From Lingula anatina (lineage: Eukaryota; Animalia; Brachiopoda), in contig CM120641.1 of the NCBI GenBank assembly GCA_051362555.1, forward strand, positions 13,702,001 through 13,766,000: DNA of 64,000 nucleotides, in the 5' to 3' direction. The position numbers and the translations under genes are program-made. Each line of letters opens with the position of its first letter. Position 1 is the stretch's first letter. Shown here piece after piece: positions 41,326 through 63,791 of the stretch. Below the pieces are notes generated by a model. The model worked only from the letters and a program-made list of their open reading frames with translations. It ran no database searches and was not told the DNA's origin.

Positions 41326-42262
41326 TCAAATCAAATACTCATTTGTTAGTGTCACATTGTTTAACACTTTTCATGGAAGAAGTGCCAGTTTGAATGAAAT
41401 CTTAAAAAATGCATCAAATCAATGATTCAGGCTTCTTCACTCTTTCTAAGAATCAAAGAAGTTTGGTAAATTTCTAAAAGTTTACTTTTAAAACTCCAAC
41501 AGTTCTGATTTCAGACCAGTATTTCTGGAATGGATTTTCTGTTTGAAAAAAAATGTTTCAAATATAAAGTGCATACTGGCAAGATTTGAAATTGGAGTTC
41601 ATAACATAAAAACACAATATCCAGCACACACACACATACGTGTATGAAATGACTAATTATCAGTTGTCAGAAGGTGGAATACATGTTGGCAAGCAAAAGG
41701 GTCAACCATCTCTACTTAATACAAGTAAAGAATGTCAAAATTATGCACAAATAGAAATGTAACAATCTGGATACTGTAGAAGTTCAAAGACTCACTATGG
41801 CAATGAAATGCATTTTTAAACTGATTAATATACAAAGAAATCTGTGATAACAATATAAACAGTGAAGAGCCATGGTTACAAAATGCTGAAAGGTGAGACA
41901 AAGAATAGAAAGATATTTGTCATATTCATTTACAGTTTTACAATCTGGGCAATATAAATGTATCTGCACAATGAAATCTAAAATGCATCTTTATACAATA
42001 TAAATGCAACAATTGCTGAACAGCCACCCCTTTCAGTATTCTATACTGCAGATAACAAAAATGACAAAGGGGGCAGAAAAAAGTAATAATAACAACAACA
42101 GAACAAGTGTAATGAAAAAAGAACAAATGAAAAAGAATCAAAAAGCTCAAAATGTAATTAAGATGGTGGTAAATGCATATTCCTCCCATAACCAACTACA
42201 ATAAAACAAAATTGTTTTTACATCTTCATGGGGAAAAAGTTTGAATAATACACAAGTACAAA

Positions 42263-45200
42263 TCAAGGAGCAAGCTGCTCATCTTCCTCATCACTGAGAG
42301 AATTTCTCATTTTCTGAACTGAAACACCTCCTTTCTCACTCTTCCTAAGTGACACTGAACCTTCAGATTTCTTGAAGTTGTTTTGCAGATAGTATGACAA
42401 CTCTTTAAAAGACTCAGCATATTCAACGATTGGATGTGGATCTTCTGGAATGGGTGGAAAGTCAAAATTCATCCATTTAAACTCATCTGATGATTCCTGT
42501 TTCTGTAGCTTTTGTTGCTTCTTATTGCTAACCTCCTGCACTGCATCATTCCCTGTGTCGTTCACCATACTGTTAATCTGTGCAGTGCTCTCAGCATCCT
42601 TATTCACTGTCTGTGGACTTTCACTGACTGATTCACCAGTCATTTTCTTGTTTACTTTGGCATATGGAGGCGTTTCTTTTGGAATGTCTTCATCAGTGGC
42701 TGGACTGGGGATTACTGGGTCTTCACAAGTAGCATACAGTTCTTCTTCTTCCTCCTCTTGTTTGTGTTGTTGACTAACTTCCTGCTTCTTCTCAGCAAGT
42801 TCCCCAATGGATTCATAAGCACCAACTATTTCATAAGCCCCAGCAGATAAATCTTCTCCATTACCCTTCTTCATCTTTGTCCTTGTGGATGATTCTTCCA
42901 CTTGATAGTATTCACCCTCTGCAGACAACAATGCCGGGGCTGGACTAACCGGCGGGGCTGGACTGACCGGCCCGGGAGATTTTAAAGATTTTGTCCTCTG
43001 CTTTGGAACAGGTGGGGCAACACCTGGGGAATGTGAAGTGATGACAGGTGGACTTTTGGGCGTTTCTGTATTTCTGTCACTTGTAGCAGAAGAATTGTTA
43101 CTGTCGTTAAATACTTCGTAGTCACTGGTGGCCGAATTAGGAACTGTTTCATAAGAATCTGGAGGTTGCTCATTCTCATCATCACTTATCTCGGAACTAT
43201 AAAATCATAACAAAATATGTTATAGAACCAAATATGCATTGTATTAAAGATCAAACAGATATGCTGATGCTCTGATGCAACTCCTGCAATTCTTCATAAC
43301 CTTTATTTGAAATGTCAGTGGGACTGTGTCATTTTCTCTCATTTATAAAAATTTCAAAAAAGTTACACATTCTATTCAGAAAATTATGAGATTGACTTAA
43401 TAAGTAAAATGTTCGAAGTGCTTCATAAACAATCTATATCAGTATGTTATCTTGCTATTTTTGGAAAAGACTTTCAGAAATTTGCATATAAAGCCACCCA
43501 AAATGTGAGCTTCATATAGCAAGCCTAAAGCTTCTTTCTTTTTGTAAGTGTCACTCCCTGTACAGATTCGACTCAGTTGATCAATGAATAGTAACCACAA
43601 GTCAAGGCCTAGTAGCACCAGGTAACAACAAAAGACATGTAAAGCTGATGTACAAAATTTTCTCTAATCTAAGACCAATCAAAGATTTGGTTTTTTAGGC
43701 AAATTGTTAAACAGAAAAAGGGTTGCTGAACTTTTGAGCATCAGCATATACAGAATTCTCAGTATACTATATGGCTGCTCCAATTTCCTTTACTGAATGA
43801 AATGTAAAATTGTCGAAGTGTGTGACAGTGAAGTTTTTGGCTAAAAATTATACAATTTTAGCATAGAGTTTTACAATAAATCTACTTCTCATACATGGCC
43901 CAATATATCTAAAAACATTGCAGTTTACAAAAACTTGTGAACCAAATAAAAATACTTACAATGATGGTTGTGGCTCCAAATGAGCTTGACTAAGGCGTAC
44001 ACTGTTACGTCTTTCATACTGCATAGCTTGCTGAAGTTTTTTCACCCAAACATCACATGCCTTTGCTGTGTCTGCAGACTAGTGATTAAAACATAGTAAT
44101 TAACTACTGGGTATGTTAGTAGAGATTTTAGATAAATAAATAAAGAAATTTAAATAACATATTATCTCTCACTTTTAAGTTAAAAAAGTCAAACACAGAC
44201 TTCTTTGGTAGCTGTAGTTTTTCTGAACTGACTTTCAATTATATTATTCATGTTATTTTATTCTGATGTGTCTTTTGACATTCTATTGCATTTACAATTT
44301 AAATGTGAAATTTAAACCTTTTGGTTATAATTACAAATGAATCATCATCACTGATGATATGCACATAAACATGTTTACAAGGGCAAGACATACTGGCTAT
44401 ACAACACTCAGGCACAAGTTTTTAATACTATGTACAGTAGTGTAGATATCATGTATACAGCTGTTATTGTAAACAGAGCATCATTATACTTGTATACAGA
44501 ACATTATGATATTGCTATAACATACCAGCAAGTGCATCCTGTTTTTTGTAACAATTTCAAAAGCATGCCCATGGTGTACTTGGAAGCACCTCCTCACAGA
44601 CTGTGCTCTACACACATCAATAAGACCAGCATGTGCATCATTCTGTACAAGAATAAAATTAGTTCAAAATATATTTTAGATGTTCTTAAAGTCATTTAAG
44701 TCACAACATGTGCCAATGCACTCAATACCTCTTTATTCTTATTTCAAAAAGTTTTTTTACAGTTGAATGAAATTTTAGACATCTGCATCTCTCTTCAAAA
44801 CATGGATATTTAAATACTAAAATCATTTTAGTTTCAATTTTTCAATGAATCTAACTAAAGTCTTCTGCAAGACAACTTCTAGAAAATATAGATCCTTATT
44901 ACTTACCCTGTTTTGTGGATCTTTGTAATAGTGCAGTTTATCTCTCCTCAGAACAAACCAATACTTTTTCCAGGAAAATTTCTGTAAAAAAGTACTTGTT
45001 GCATTTTCATAGAATCGATATTAATCAATTGTATTCAACTTCCATGCTAGATAGCATAACTACCAATGCAAATAACAGAAAGTATGAGTTACCTTTTGAT
45101 TTTAATGTGTGATATTAAAACCAATTATTAAAACTTTTAAAACTATATTGAAGAAATTCCACATGTACATTTTAACCTCTCTTTGTTAACAGCTCAGTTG

Positions 45201-46808
45201 ACCTCTGACCAGCAGCCCTGGGCCCCGTAACTCGACCGAGTGCAAGTGTCTCGATTCCATAACTCGCCCATACTTGCCCCATATAAAACATTGTAGCCTC
45301 TATGTGATATCGCTATTCGCAATACACAATGCTTTTGAGTAACAGAGCCGTGTTTCATTTTAGCAACACGGCTGTTTCACAATCAGGGTGAACAATTAAA
45401 TGTGGTTAATGTTACAAGTGTCTGATAAATTAGCAATATATGATTAGAGATTGCTGATAGACTGATATCAAAGACACTGTTCATAGGAGTAAAATAAAAA
45501 AAGAATTATGATAATTAGACTACAATTTACAAAAATATAGCCAATTATGTGTTCAAAAAGTACCTATTTTTAGCTGTTACGATGGGTCATTTGCAATTAA
45601 GGACATAAATATGATGCACTAGCTCTTTATGTCAATGATTTATGGTGAATATGATACTGGTATATAATTCCCACAACAAATGTCTTCTCTTCTAGCAGGT
45701 TCTTCCAAAGAAATGTTCTGAGAAAAAATTTATTTTAACCATTTTGCTGAAACAGGCTTTTGTACACATTTTACTTATTTTTGTTAATGCAATGAAAAAC
45801 ATATTTTGATAAGGCCAAATATTACTTTGAAATCACCTACGTGATGATAAGATGAATTTACCATGTTATGACTTAAACATAATAAAGGAGTTGTGCATAT
45901 GTGACCATTATTAATAATGCTATGGTATTTATAATCATGAGCCCCTTGGTGTCTCCTAATTTTTGTAGTGTCCGTACCCTCCCCCCCCCCCCCCCCCCCC
46001 CCACATCTGTTTTATTTAGGAATCACAGGATATTCTGTCTGATTTTATTATTTTATGTATGTCCACACTGACATTTATTTTTCAGGAAAAAAATAGCACA
46101 TTACCTCTTATTATGAAACAATATGCAAGAATTTGGTGCCAAATGTAGTGTCTGTACCCCTACTATAGTGTCCGAACCCCCAAGTTATACATTAACAATT
46201 GGATAACTGGCTAAAAAAAAATAATAATAATATCAGTAAAGATGCTACTCTTTGCATTCAAAATGAACAATATTGCTTCCAATATATTGCCAAATATAGC
46301 TAATTGCAAAATAAAAAATTGTATATGGATTACTATTCTATGGATTAATATATATGATATATTTTGAGAGGGTACAGACACTACCATACATGCATAATTA
46401 ACAGAGGTATATTTATAATACTCTCAGTGGATGAAGTATCAAACATGGATGACAATGAACAAAAGCCAAAATAGGAAAAGAAAAGGGAAACCTGAAATTT
46501 TTACTGTCAGCAAAAATAATTTGAAAAAAAAAAAAAAACGTCAAAGAGCTAATAGTCATGCTGAAGCACGTAAGGAAGATGTTGAATGCACGTAACATAG
46601 CAGAGAAGCAAAAAAAAAAATGAAGAATCAACCAAGGCTGGCCCAGCAAGAAAGACTATAGAAGAGAGAAGAAATTAGGGCATACCGACAGAGAGTCAAG
46701 GAGAAGCAGAAACCCAACAATCCTGAAAACAGTAGAGCAAGAGGTGCAAATTAACTAGAGATGAAAAAGAACAGACTCGAAAAGCAAGAATAAAGACTGA
46801 AACAAAAA

Positions 46809-46875
<67 letters not shown>

Positions 46876-47893
46876 AAAGACCAAGCAACAGAAAGAAAAA
46901 GTTTAAAGTCTGGTGAATGAAAGTAAAACTGCATGACATACAACCAAGTGCCAGCATCCACTGAAAAAGGTGCTGTGGTGTTTCTCCAAAAAACATTTTG
47001 ATTAATACATGTACTTGTATCTTTTTGGATAAAGTACTGTTGTTATATCTTTATATTGATATTTTTAGAATGTTGGCAAAAATAACTGGTAAACAATATG
47101 ATATTTCAGTTAAAAAAGCATCAGTTACTTGAATGCGTAGTGTCTGTACCCCCAAATCATAGCCTAAGAGGCGGTCTGTTAATTTGAACGTAACACAAAA
47201 AATATTTAATATTGTGTTCTAAAAATGTTGGATGTCATAGTTAAGATGTTATTCTTTTTATCTGTTACAAAATTGAACAAATGCATCAAAGTTCATTTTT
47301 CTCTCAATGTGACCCCTATTTTGTACCCCTGATTGTGAAACAGCAGTTCTAACAGGTAACAATTAACGGTCCTTTCTGTTGTGGTCAAACCACGTGCTTA
47401 GTTTGCAATGCAATCGTAGTTGTTCTGTCCAGGGACATTTTTTTTCTTGCAGACAGAACATCTTTGGGGGAAGCCCCTGAGAAAATACAGGCGCTCTGCG
47501 CCGTTCATGCTTGTTTAGAGTTAAGAGTTAGAGGTGGATAGTGTAAGACGGAGCAGTTGGTCAAGCGAAAAAGCAGTTAGCTGTTACTGTGTGGGCTATC
47601 AGCCAGAGGGCAGAGCTCTTTTACCTGATACTTAGATGTGTTGAGTCGAAATAAAGATTATAAAAAAGAACCCTGTTTTGTTCGTGGCAGCAAATTTAGT
47701 TTTAAAAGAAAAAGTACCTTATAGGTTACAATATGCATAAGTTACTGCTGTTGAGTGTTGTACTAGCATATTATACGTAGCACAAGCAGAGCTTCATAAT
47801 CAATAACAATAACATGAAAACTATGAAATCTCTCACCAATTTCCCCTGTTTTTCTAAATAACCTTCTTCGTGTAGATCATCACCAAATTCCAT
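42263..47893 (-). CDS. PH-domain docking/adaptor protein with acidic, tyrosine-motif-rich tail (about 433 aa)
   Basis: Exons 47893-47837 (MEFGDDLHEEGYLEKQGKL), 44981-44907 (KFSWKKYWFVLRRDKLHYYKD), 44642-44526 (GLIDV...HAFEIVTKNRMHLL), 44078-43960 (SADTAKACDVWVKKLQQAM), 43196-42263; all GT-AG and in phase, 1302 nt. The first four exons spell a complete PH domain. Confidence 0.88.
45221..45349. mobile_element. Degenerate Harbinger-like mini-element
   Basis: Imperfect TIR GGCCCCGTAACTC / GAGTAACAGAGCC, preceded by CTG; locally CpG-rich. Confidence 0.4.
45369..47346. mobile_element. About 2-kb non-autonomous TIR element in intron 1 of the PH-domain gene
   Basis: Ends GCTGTTTCACAATCAGGG and CCCTGATTGTGAAACAGC; internal motif GTAGTGTCyGTACCCC repeated near 45965, 46145, 46166, 47137 and inverted near 46370. 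Superfamily not assignable. Confidence 0.75.
46805..46876. repeat. (AAAT)n microsatellite
   Basis: Perfect tetranucleotide run. Confidence 0.95.
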
Positions 47894-48010
47894 CTTTTTT
47901 TCGAGACTGAATCGACCACTCGAGTGACTATTAACCCTGGAAATAACACTTCCGTGTTGCTTTACTTCCGCAATCTATTTCTTGTTTCTTTTTAATAGAT
48001 GGCGGGTATA
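47894..48010. promoter_or_regulatory. Promoter of the PH-domain gene (divergent from SLC10)
   Basis: Two ACTTCCG ETS motifs (about 47948 and 47964) and a YY1-like AGATGGCGG (about 47997) within 110 bp of the ATG. Confidence 0.55.
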
Positions 48011-48913
48011 ACAAGAGGCTCTTTCAGATATTTTGATAAGGAGAGACAAGCCCCATTCAGTGTGCAAGTTTAATGATCTCAAACATAGCGTCTTTCTCAA
48101 AAACAAATACTCATTCACTACACGTATATATAGACTAAGAGTTTCTTGGCAAAAGCGTTTGCGCAGAGCTTTCGATTAATAGTATTACCACAGAAAATTG
48201 TGCTAGAGAAGATAGCCTAGGCGCGTATGTATTTCCAAGGATTATGTCACATCTTGATTGTGTTTATTTCCAAGTGGTCAGGTAATACCTTCCACTTGGT
48301 TGTATCCATTTGCATAAATATCATGTAGGAGTAAGCTCCTGTATTTATTTATCATCCCATGCCCTTAATTATTTCTTTTTTTTTTTTTATTAAATTTAAT
48401 CTACATATGTTTAAATTGAAATATAGCCTACTTATAGAGGTGACCTTATCCTGAGGTTTTTATAAACGATACAGCATGTATAAACTCTGGAATTACCAGA
48501 AGAGAAACACGCAGAGAAATTGTGTTATCTGAGTCGCGTAATTTCGATAAACTTCAACGTGAAGATCAAAAAGGTGTTATCTGATAGGCCCGAAGTGTGG
48601 TGGATGTTTGAGGAAATTTTTATGTTCTGTAATGGCGTTGTTTTGATGGATTTCACCAAACTTCCCCGCCAGTTTTCTCTGAGCAACACGCACTACGTGA
48701 TTTTGGATTTTGGGTAGACTTAAGATTATTGCATTTGAGGACTCGCCTGTTTCACTACTTAGATGAAAGGCAATATCTAATGGATCAACTGAGATCGTCA
48801 TCCCGGGGAGTAAAGCAACACTGGCTTTTGTATAACATAAATTGAAAATAGACACCCTTCTGTGTGGACAGTAAGCTTGAATTCTATTTTATTACACCAC
48901 TGAAGGACGCGAC

Positions 48914-51741
48914 ATGCAGGCTGTCATTACAACAGCTTCACTTTTCTTCACTGCGTTGGGTTTGGCTACGGGATTCCACGGAAAAAGAAACTTTTTTGTC
49001 GTAGCCGTCGCCTCCCAAGAAATACTTTATGGAAAGCAGGGTATACTAAATGTAACGTACAGTAACTTATTTATAGATCTCAACATGACAGTAGTACTCA
49101 CGAAGAAAGATGTCATAAAAGTAAGTGCCGAAAGTATCAGCCTCGGCCAAACGGGACAAATAGCTGGCCTATATAACAACAGCAACGAAACAATTTCAGC
49201 AACACTGAAATTGTACCGCAGAAGTTTTGATCTTTCTTTTACGGCAACTGAAATTGGAAGAACATTACTAAAATTGCGTTTTACAACAGTAAACGGGAGT
49301 AAGGTTCACCCATTCGTATCACCCTCGGATTGCAACATCACAGTTGTGAGAGAGAGGACGCTTGTTCAAGACATTTTGTTTTGGATACAAAAAGCTTTGC
49401 TGGCGTTGCTCACGTTTCTGATGGGTTGCATTGTCCAGTGGGACTGTGTGAAAGAACTACTTCGCAGACCTATTGATATTGGCATTGGAGTTTTTTGCCA
49501 ATGCGTCTACATGCCAGTGGTAAGCGAGCTTTTGTTTATCTTTAATGAATACGTTTCCTTAAGCTTGTTTTCGACGAGGGGCGCTACACTGTAAAACGCT
49601 ACTGCATAGGAGAATCATGGCAATATAAGCCGTACCAAAATGCTTCGTGATCAACTTTCAAGTAAAATATAAAGATGTAACAATTTTGTGTCATAGGAAT
49701 GTTAAATCACATTTTTATTGCAAAATTTTCTGCTTAAAAATTTCAATATCAAAGGTTTTACAGTAGTGGTGTCTTATTTTCCCAATAAGAACATGAAATG
49801 GTATTGAAACCAAACTATGAGACGTGATGCATTATATATTTGGTACTGCGATTCGTGTTTTGCAGTTTGCTTTCGCCTTTATGAATGTGTTCCTGCTGCC
49901 CCTTGACTGGAGCCAAGGCCTACTTCTTTATGGCCTGTCCCCTGGGGGCGTTCTAGTTAACGTGGCCAGTTTGCTTCAAGACACGATTGTGGAGCTCAGT
50001 GTCATTTTGATTATCATCAATACGCTGTTGACGTTTGGTAAGATCAAAGATGCCAGTTTTCCTGCTCACGAGAAACCTGACTAATATCAATCCATTTTCT
50101 AAGAAGTCTTTTTAATCAAAATATATTCAAGACACATTCATGTATTCTTTTTGTCATTATTTGCGAAATTAGTTCATATTCTTATATTAGAATTGAAAAG
50201 ATGTGCAGATAAAAAATCTTCATTAATTCTATAGTAATAAATGTTAAATAATCCAAAAACATTTCATAAATATGAATGACAATTCTCTTCCAGGCACACT
50301 GCCATTGTTGGTGTTTATATTCAAAGACTACCTTGGAGGCGACATCACGTACGCCAACCTCTCCTTTACTTTCTTGCTGCTACCCTTGGTGCTAGTTACC
50401 ATTCCTTTAGTCCTAGGGGGACTCTTACAGCATGGACGTCCAGCGGTACGGCAAAGGGTTCTAAAAGCACTTAACCCCATAAGTTTGACCGTCTGTGTGA
50501 TAATAATAGGATTCCAAGTTTATGACAATTTGTACATTTTCCGTTTTCTGAGTTGGAAATTATTTGGATGTGCTGTATTGATGTTGGTAAGCGGTGCGCT
50601 GGCAGGCGGGCTGACGGGGTGGGTGTGTCAAAGAAAATTCTTACAGGTTAAAACGGTCGCTATTGCGACTGCTATGCAGGACGGTGCTCTCGCCAAAGCG
50701 CTCCTAGGTGGGTCTCTGCCTCAGCCCGATGCAGATTTGGCAGCGGTTATTCCCGCATTTGCTTCACTGATTACTTTAGTGATAATGCTGGTAGCTTACG
50801 TCGTACATGTTCTTTTGATAAAATACCGACCTTACTACTTGCTTCATGATTTAAACAGAGCAAGAGCGTCGGCCTATAAACTATCGACAGATGGATCCGA
50901 GGTGCAAGAAATGTTGGGCTCGGGTGATATAATTCTCCAGGAACAACCTCTTGAGAGAAACAACAGTAAACAAACTAACAAAATCCCAATTGACAATGAA
51001 GGTAAACGTCTGGAAAAGATAGTTAATATCAAAGCGGAAAAGATCAACAACACGGAAATCGAAGTGGACAAGATCCAAAATTGTCTCCGCACAGGGAGTG
51101 AGAAGTCGAAAAATGGAGACGGAAAATCAGTTAATTTTATCGAGGATAGGCACGAAAGTTTCAGTAAAAGACAAAACACTGAAGAAGCTCACAAAAGGCC
51201 CCCAGGAAAAGGTGACCCTGATGAAGGATATACCCCCGAAGTGACTGCAAAAGATTGTGAAACAAATCATGAAAGGGGTATGGTCGATAAAGAACAACTA
51301 CCAACCATCGAAATAATAGTCAGGGACACCGATTTAAGTATTTCAAATCTACCAGACATTTTGGCCTCACAAGAAAAGGGGTCGTTTAATCTTGATAACG
51401 ATGTTAATACAACGCACGGAGTGAATTTTCCTTTGGGTTTTAATAATGAACCAACTGAAAAAAGTAACTTAAATCAGGAGTCGGACAGTGAAACGCAGTC
51501 CAGCACAAGCATGGGATGCACCGTGCTTAGAGAGCCTATTCTAACAGACGACCAAACTGTAGGTATGGGCTGTGGGGACATCCAGTCAGAGACAAACAGA
51601 CACAACGAAGATAAAGACATCACAACAAACAGTCCTGTTCACCAAAGAACTCAATCCGTCGAGCTACAACGTTTAGGTGAACAATCAGAGTGCACTGTAA
51701 GTTTAGGAGGAGCAGAACCCGAATGTAATACCTACTTGTAA
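48914..51741 (+). CDS. SLC10 (bile acid:sodium symporter family) member with signal peptide, N-terminal ectodomain (SLC10A3/A5-like layout) and long disordered C-tail (about 741 aa)
   Basis: Exons 48914-49519 (MGC...LRRPIDIGIGVFCQCVYMP), 49866-50037 (SPGG...N, LSV), 50294-51741 (IPLVLG, TVAIATAMQD, LPQPDADL); consistent phases; multiple hydrophobic helices. Confidence 0.88.
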
Positions 51742-52728
51742 GTAATAAGAAACAATGCCGAGGGGTGGATGGATTACAGGTAAAGGACATGACAGGATTT
51801 TCTTAGGTGCGGCAAATCACTTTTTTAGGGACAAAAACATATGCTGGTAATGATAGCGCATACGACGGATAGAGCCGCACGTCGTATTTCTCCCACATTT
51901 AAATAGCGATGCGATTTTCAATTTTTCTCTACTTGTAAGGAGTTTGCACAGAATTATTAGAAAATGAAAGCACAAAACTAAAGAGGAAAACTAAGTCAGG
52001 AAATATTTTTAAATACAACATATCACAAGAAATTGCTTTATTTTATTTCTTTTTTCAGCAAGTTTTTTCTTATTTATCTTCCTTAGCTTATCTCATGATC
52101 ACCACATGTGATCCTCATATTTACAGCAAATATTTCCACCAAACGCGTGTGGTAACCCAGTACCCACAACGAGTGATGTTGAGGCATATATACACATGTA
52201 GTTCTGATGGCCTGTACAAAAATAAGGTCAAAGTGTACAAGTATACAGATGTACAATACTAAAAACCAAGAATTGATCAATTGCATCACTATGCTACGTC
52301 TCAATGATTTTTTCTCATCAATATGAAAATTCTTCAACTCCAAATACTGTGAATTATTATCCACAGGAGCAAAGACTTGCAGACAGCAATGGTTTCTCTT
52401 CTAGGAAAAAACCCACATGACAACGTAGAGCTGTTATTCCCATACTTCTCACAATGTCAATATTTATGTCAGAATTATTGGCTTTGTGGAAATTATGTAT
52501 TCAATGCTTTCCTGTTATTTAAAAATGCATCCGTGTGTCAGGACACAAGTAAGATGCTGTGCTACAAAATTAACTGAGATTGACAAAACTGTAGTTATCC
52601 TATAACTGTGTTTTCTGAGTCCTTGTTCCCAACACACCATTGTCATAGGTGGACCTTGCTGTTATCAGTTTACACATTTTAGGACAACAGTAAAGGAGAT
52701 ATCATTATTATTATTAAGTTGGAGATCA

Positions 52729-62453
<9,725 letters not shown>

Positions 62454-62961
62454 TCCTACGAGTGCAAGGAGACACACGTCTGAACCATGCTATGAATGCA
62501 CTTGGGAGGCTATAACTGTATACACAAGTTGTATACTCGTACGAAAATTTTCCAACTCTGTACTATCTTTGTTTCAAACAAGATGGCTGCCTTTTCTGAG
62601 ACTGAATTGCGCATGTGCTAAGAGATCTGTTCTCCATACATCTTTCTAGGTCAAATTATCGTTAAAATAATTGAATTTCAGGAATAGTTTCAAGCGTTAT
62701 CAATTATCAAAGCACAACCGTGTGTTTCTTATTTTTTAATGGAATAACTAGTCTAAGCTCTCCGAAAATAGTGAAATAGAAGTTCTAATGTATGGGAAAA
62801 TTCAATGAAGTGCGGAATTATGGGATACTTGGTCTCAGTACGCAGGTCATAAACTTCAATGTTTGTCGTTCAAATCCTTCTACAGTATCTGTATTCCTGG
62901 ATTTATTACCAAAGTAAGGAGTATCCACAGATTATAAGAGTCTTAAAATGTTATGAATAGG
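62454..62961. promoter_or_regulatory. Bidirectional promoter CNOT3/CEP131
   Basis: YY1-like CAAGATGGCTGCC (about 62579), NRF1-like TGCGCATGTGC (about 62608), CpG enrichment; plus-strand donor gtaagt at 62962 suggests a non-coding first exon of the downstream gene. Confidence 0.6.
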
Positions 62962-63399
62962 GTAAGTGTCTCAATTAGCATTAGAGATAATGTTGTAGTG
63001 AAATACTTAACCTGACAATCACCTGCTTTTTAAACAAATGCCTGGAAAGAGATGAGAACCTGAAACTTGCATTCTTGCTTTTTCAATATTTTGCATATTT
63101 TGCCCTCTTCATATCACTGACCTTGTCCAGAAAAGCTAAGACAACAAGGCAAATGCATTTGGTAGCCCCTTTGCTAAGAGTATTGCAAAATGAATAATTT
63201 GCTTTTATGAAGGCTATTTTAGAATTTCAAACGTTGTCAAAGTCAAAATGGAATGAACTAATTTTTTTCAAAATTCCATAATATCTTGATTTAATCATCC
63301 CATTTGTGGCATATTCCATTGATATTCCTTACCATTTCACCCATAACAATGATATCTTACCCCAGCTTCTTGATTTTCCTCAGGATGTGACCTTTTGCT

Positions 63400-63546
63400 A
63401 TGACATCTAAAAAGTATTCAGATGATCTTGATCTGAGCTTGACTGGGTCTCAGATTTCTGCCCTCTCCTCTAGCCGAAGACCATCATCTGCTTTGGGTGG
63501 AAAAAGACCCTGCTCAGCTTCTGGTGCAAGGGAGAAAACCTCAGCA
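63400..63546 (+). CDS. CEP131: First coding exon of probable centrosomal protein 131 (AZI1); gene continues beyond the window
   Basis: Acceptor cctcag ending 63383, ATG 63400, donor gtaagt at 63547. Peptide DLDLSLTG...SRRPSSA resembles the recalled human CEP131 N-terminus (DLSLTG...SRRPGSA). Only 49 codons are visible. Confidence 0.65.
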
Positions 63547-63626
63547 GTAAGTGTATTTATTACATTTTTTTGTAAAAGTATAGAGATGCTTTTTTTTTTT
63601 ACTCAGAAATATATCTAATATTAAAT

Positions 63627-63791
63627 CAGTCTGCGACGTTAAGCACTAGCCCGAGGCAATTGCCCACCTAAAGTGGCACCGGGCTAGTAAAAAAGTTGAA
63701 ATTTTATAAAACACTAGCCCGAACGGGCTAGTTGTAATTTTGAACCTATTTAACACTTAGTAAGATTTCAAAAATATAAGTCGCCAGTCTG
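63627..63791. mobile_element. hAT-like MITE
   Basis: Imperfect TIR CAGTCTGCGAC / GTCGCCAGTCTG; palindromic ACTAGCCC/GGGCTAGT subterminal repeats; 8-bp flanks match 5 of 8 (tattaaat / tagttatt). Confidence 0.5.

Noticed and set aside
46413-46996. ORFs with FIYL repeats
   Set aside because: Translations of the (AAAT)n microsatellite.
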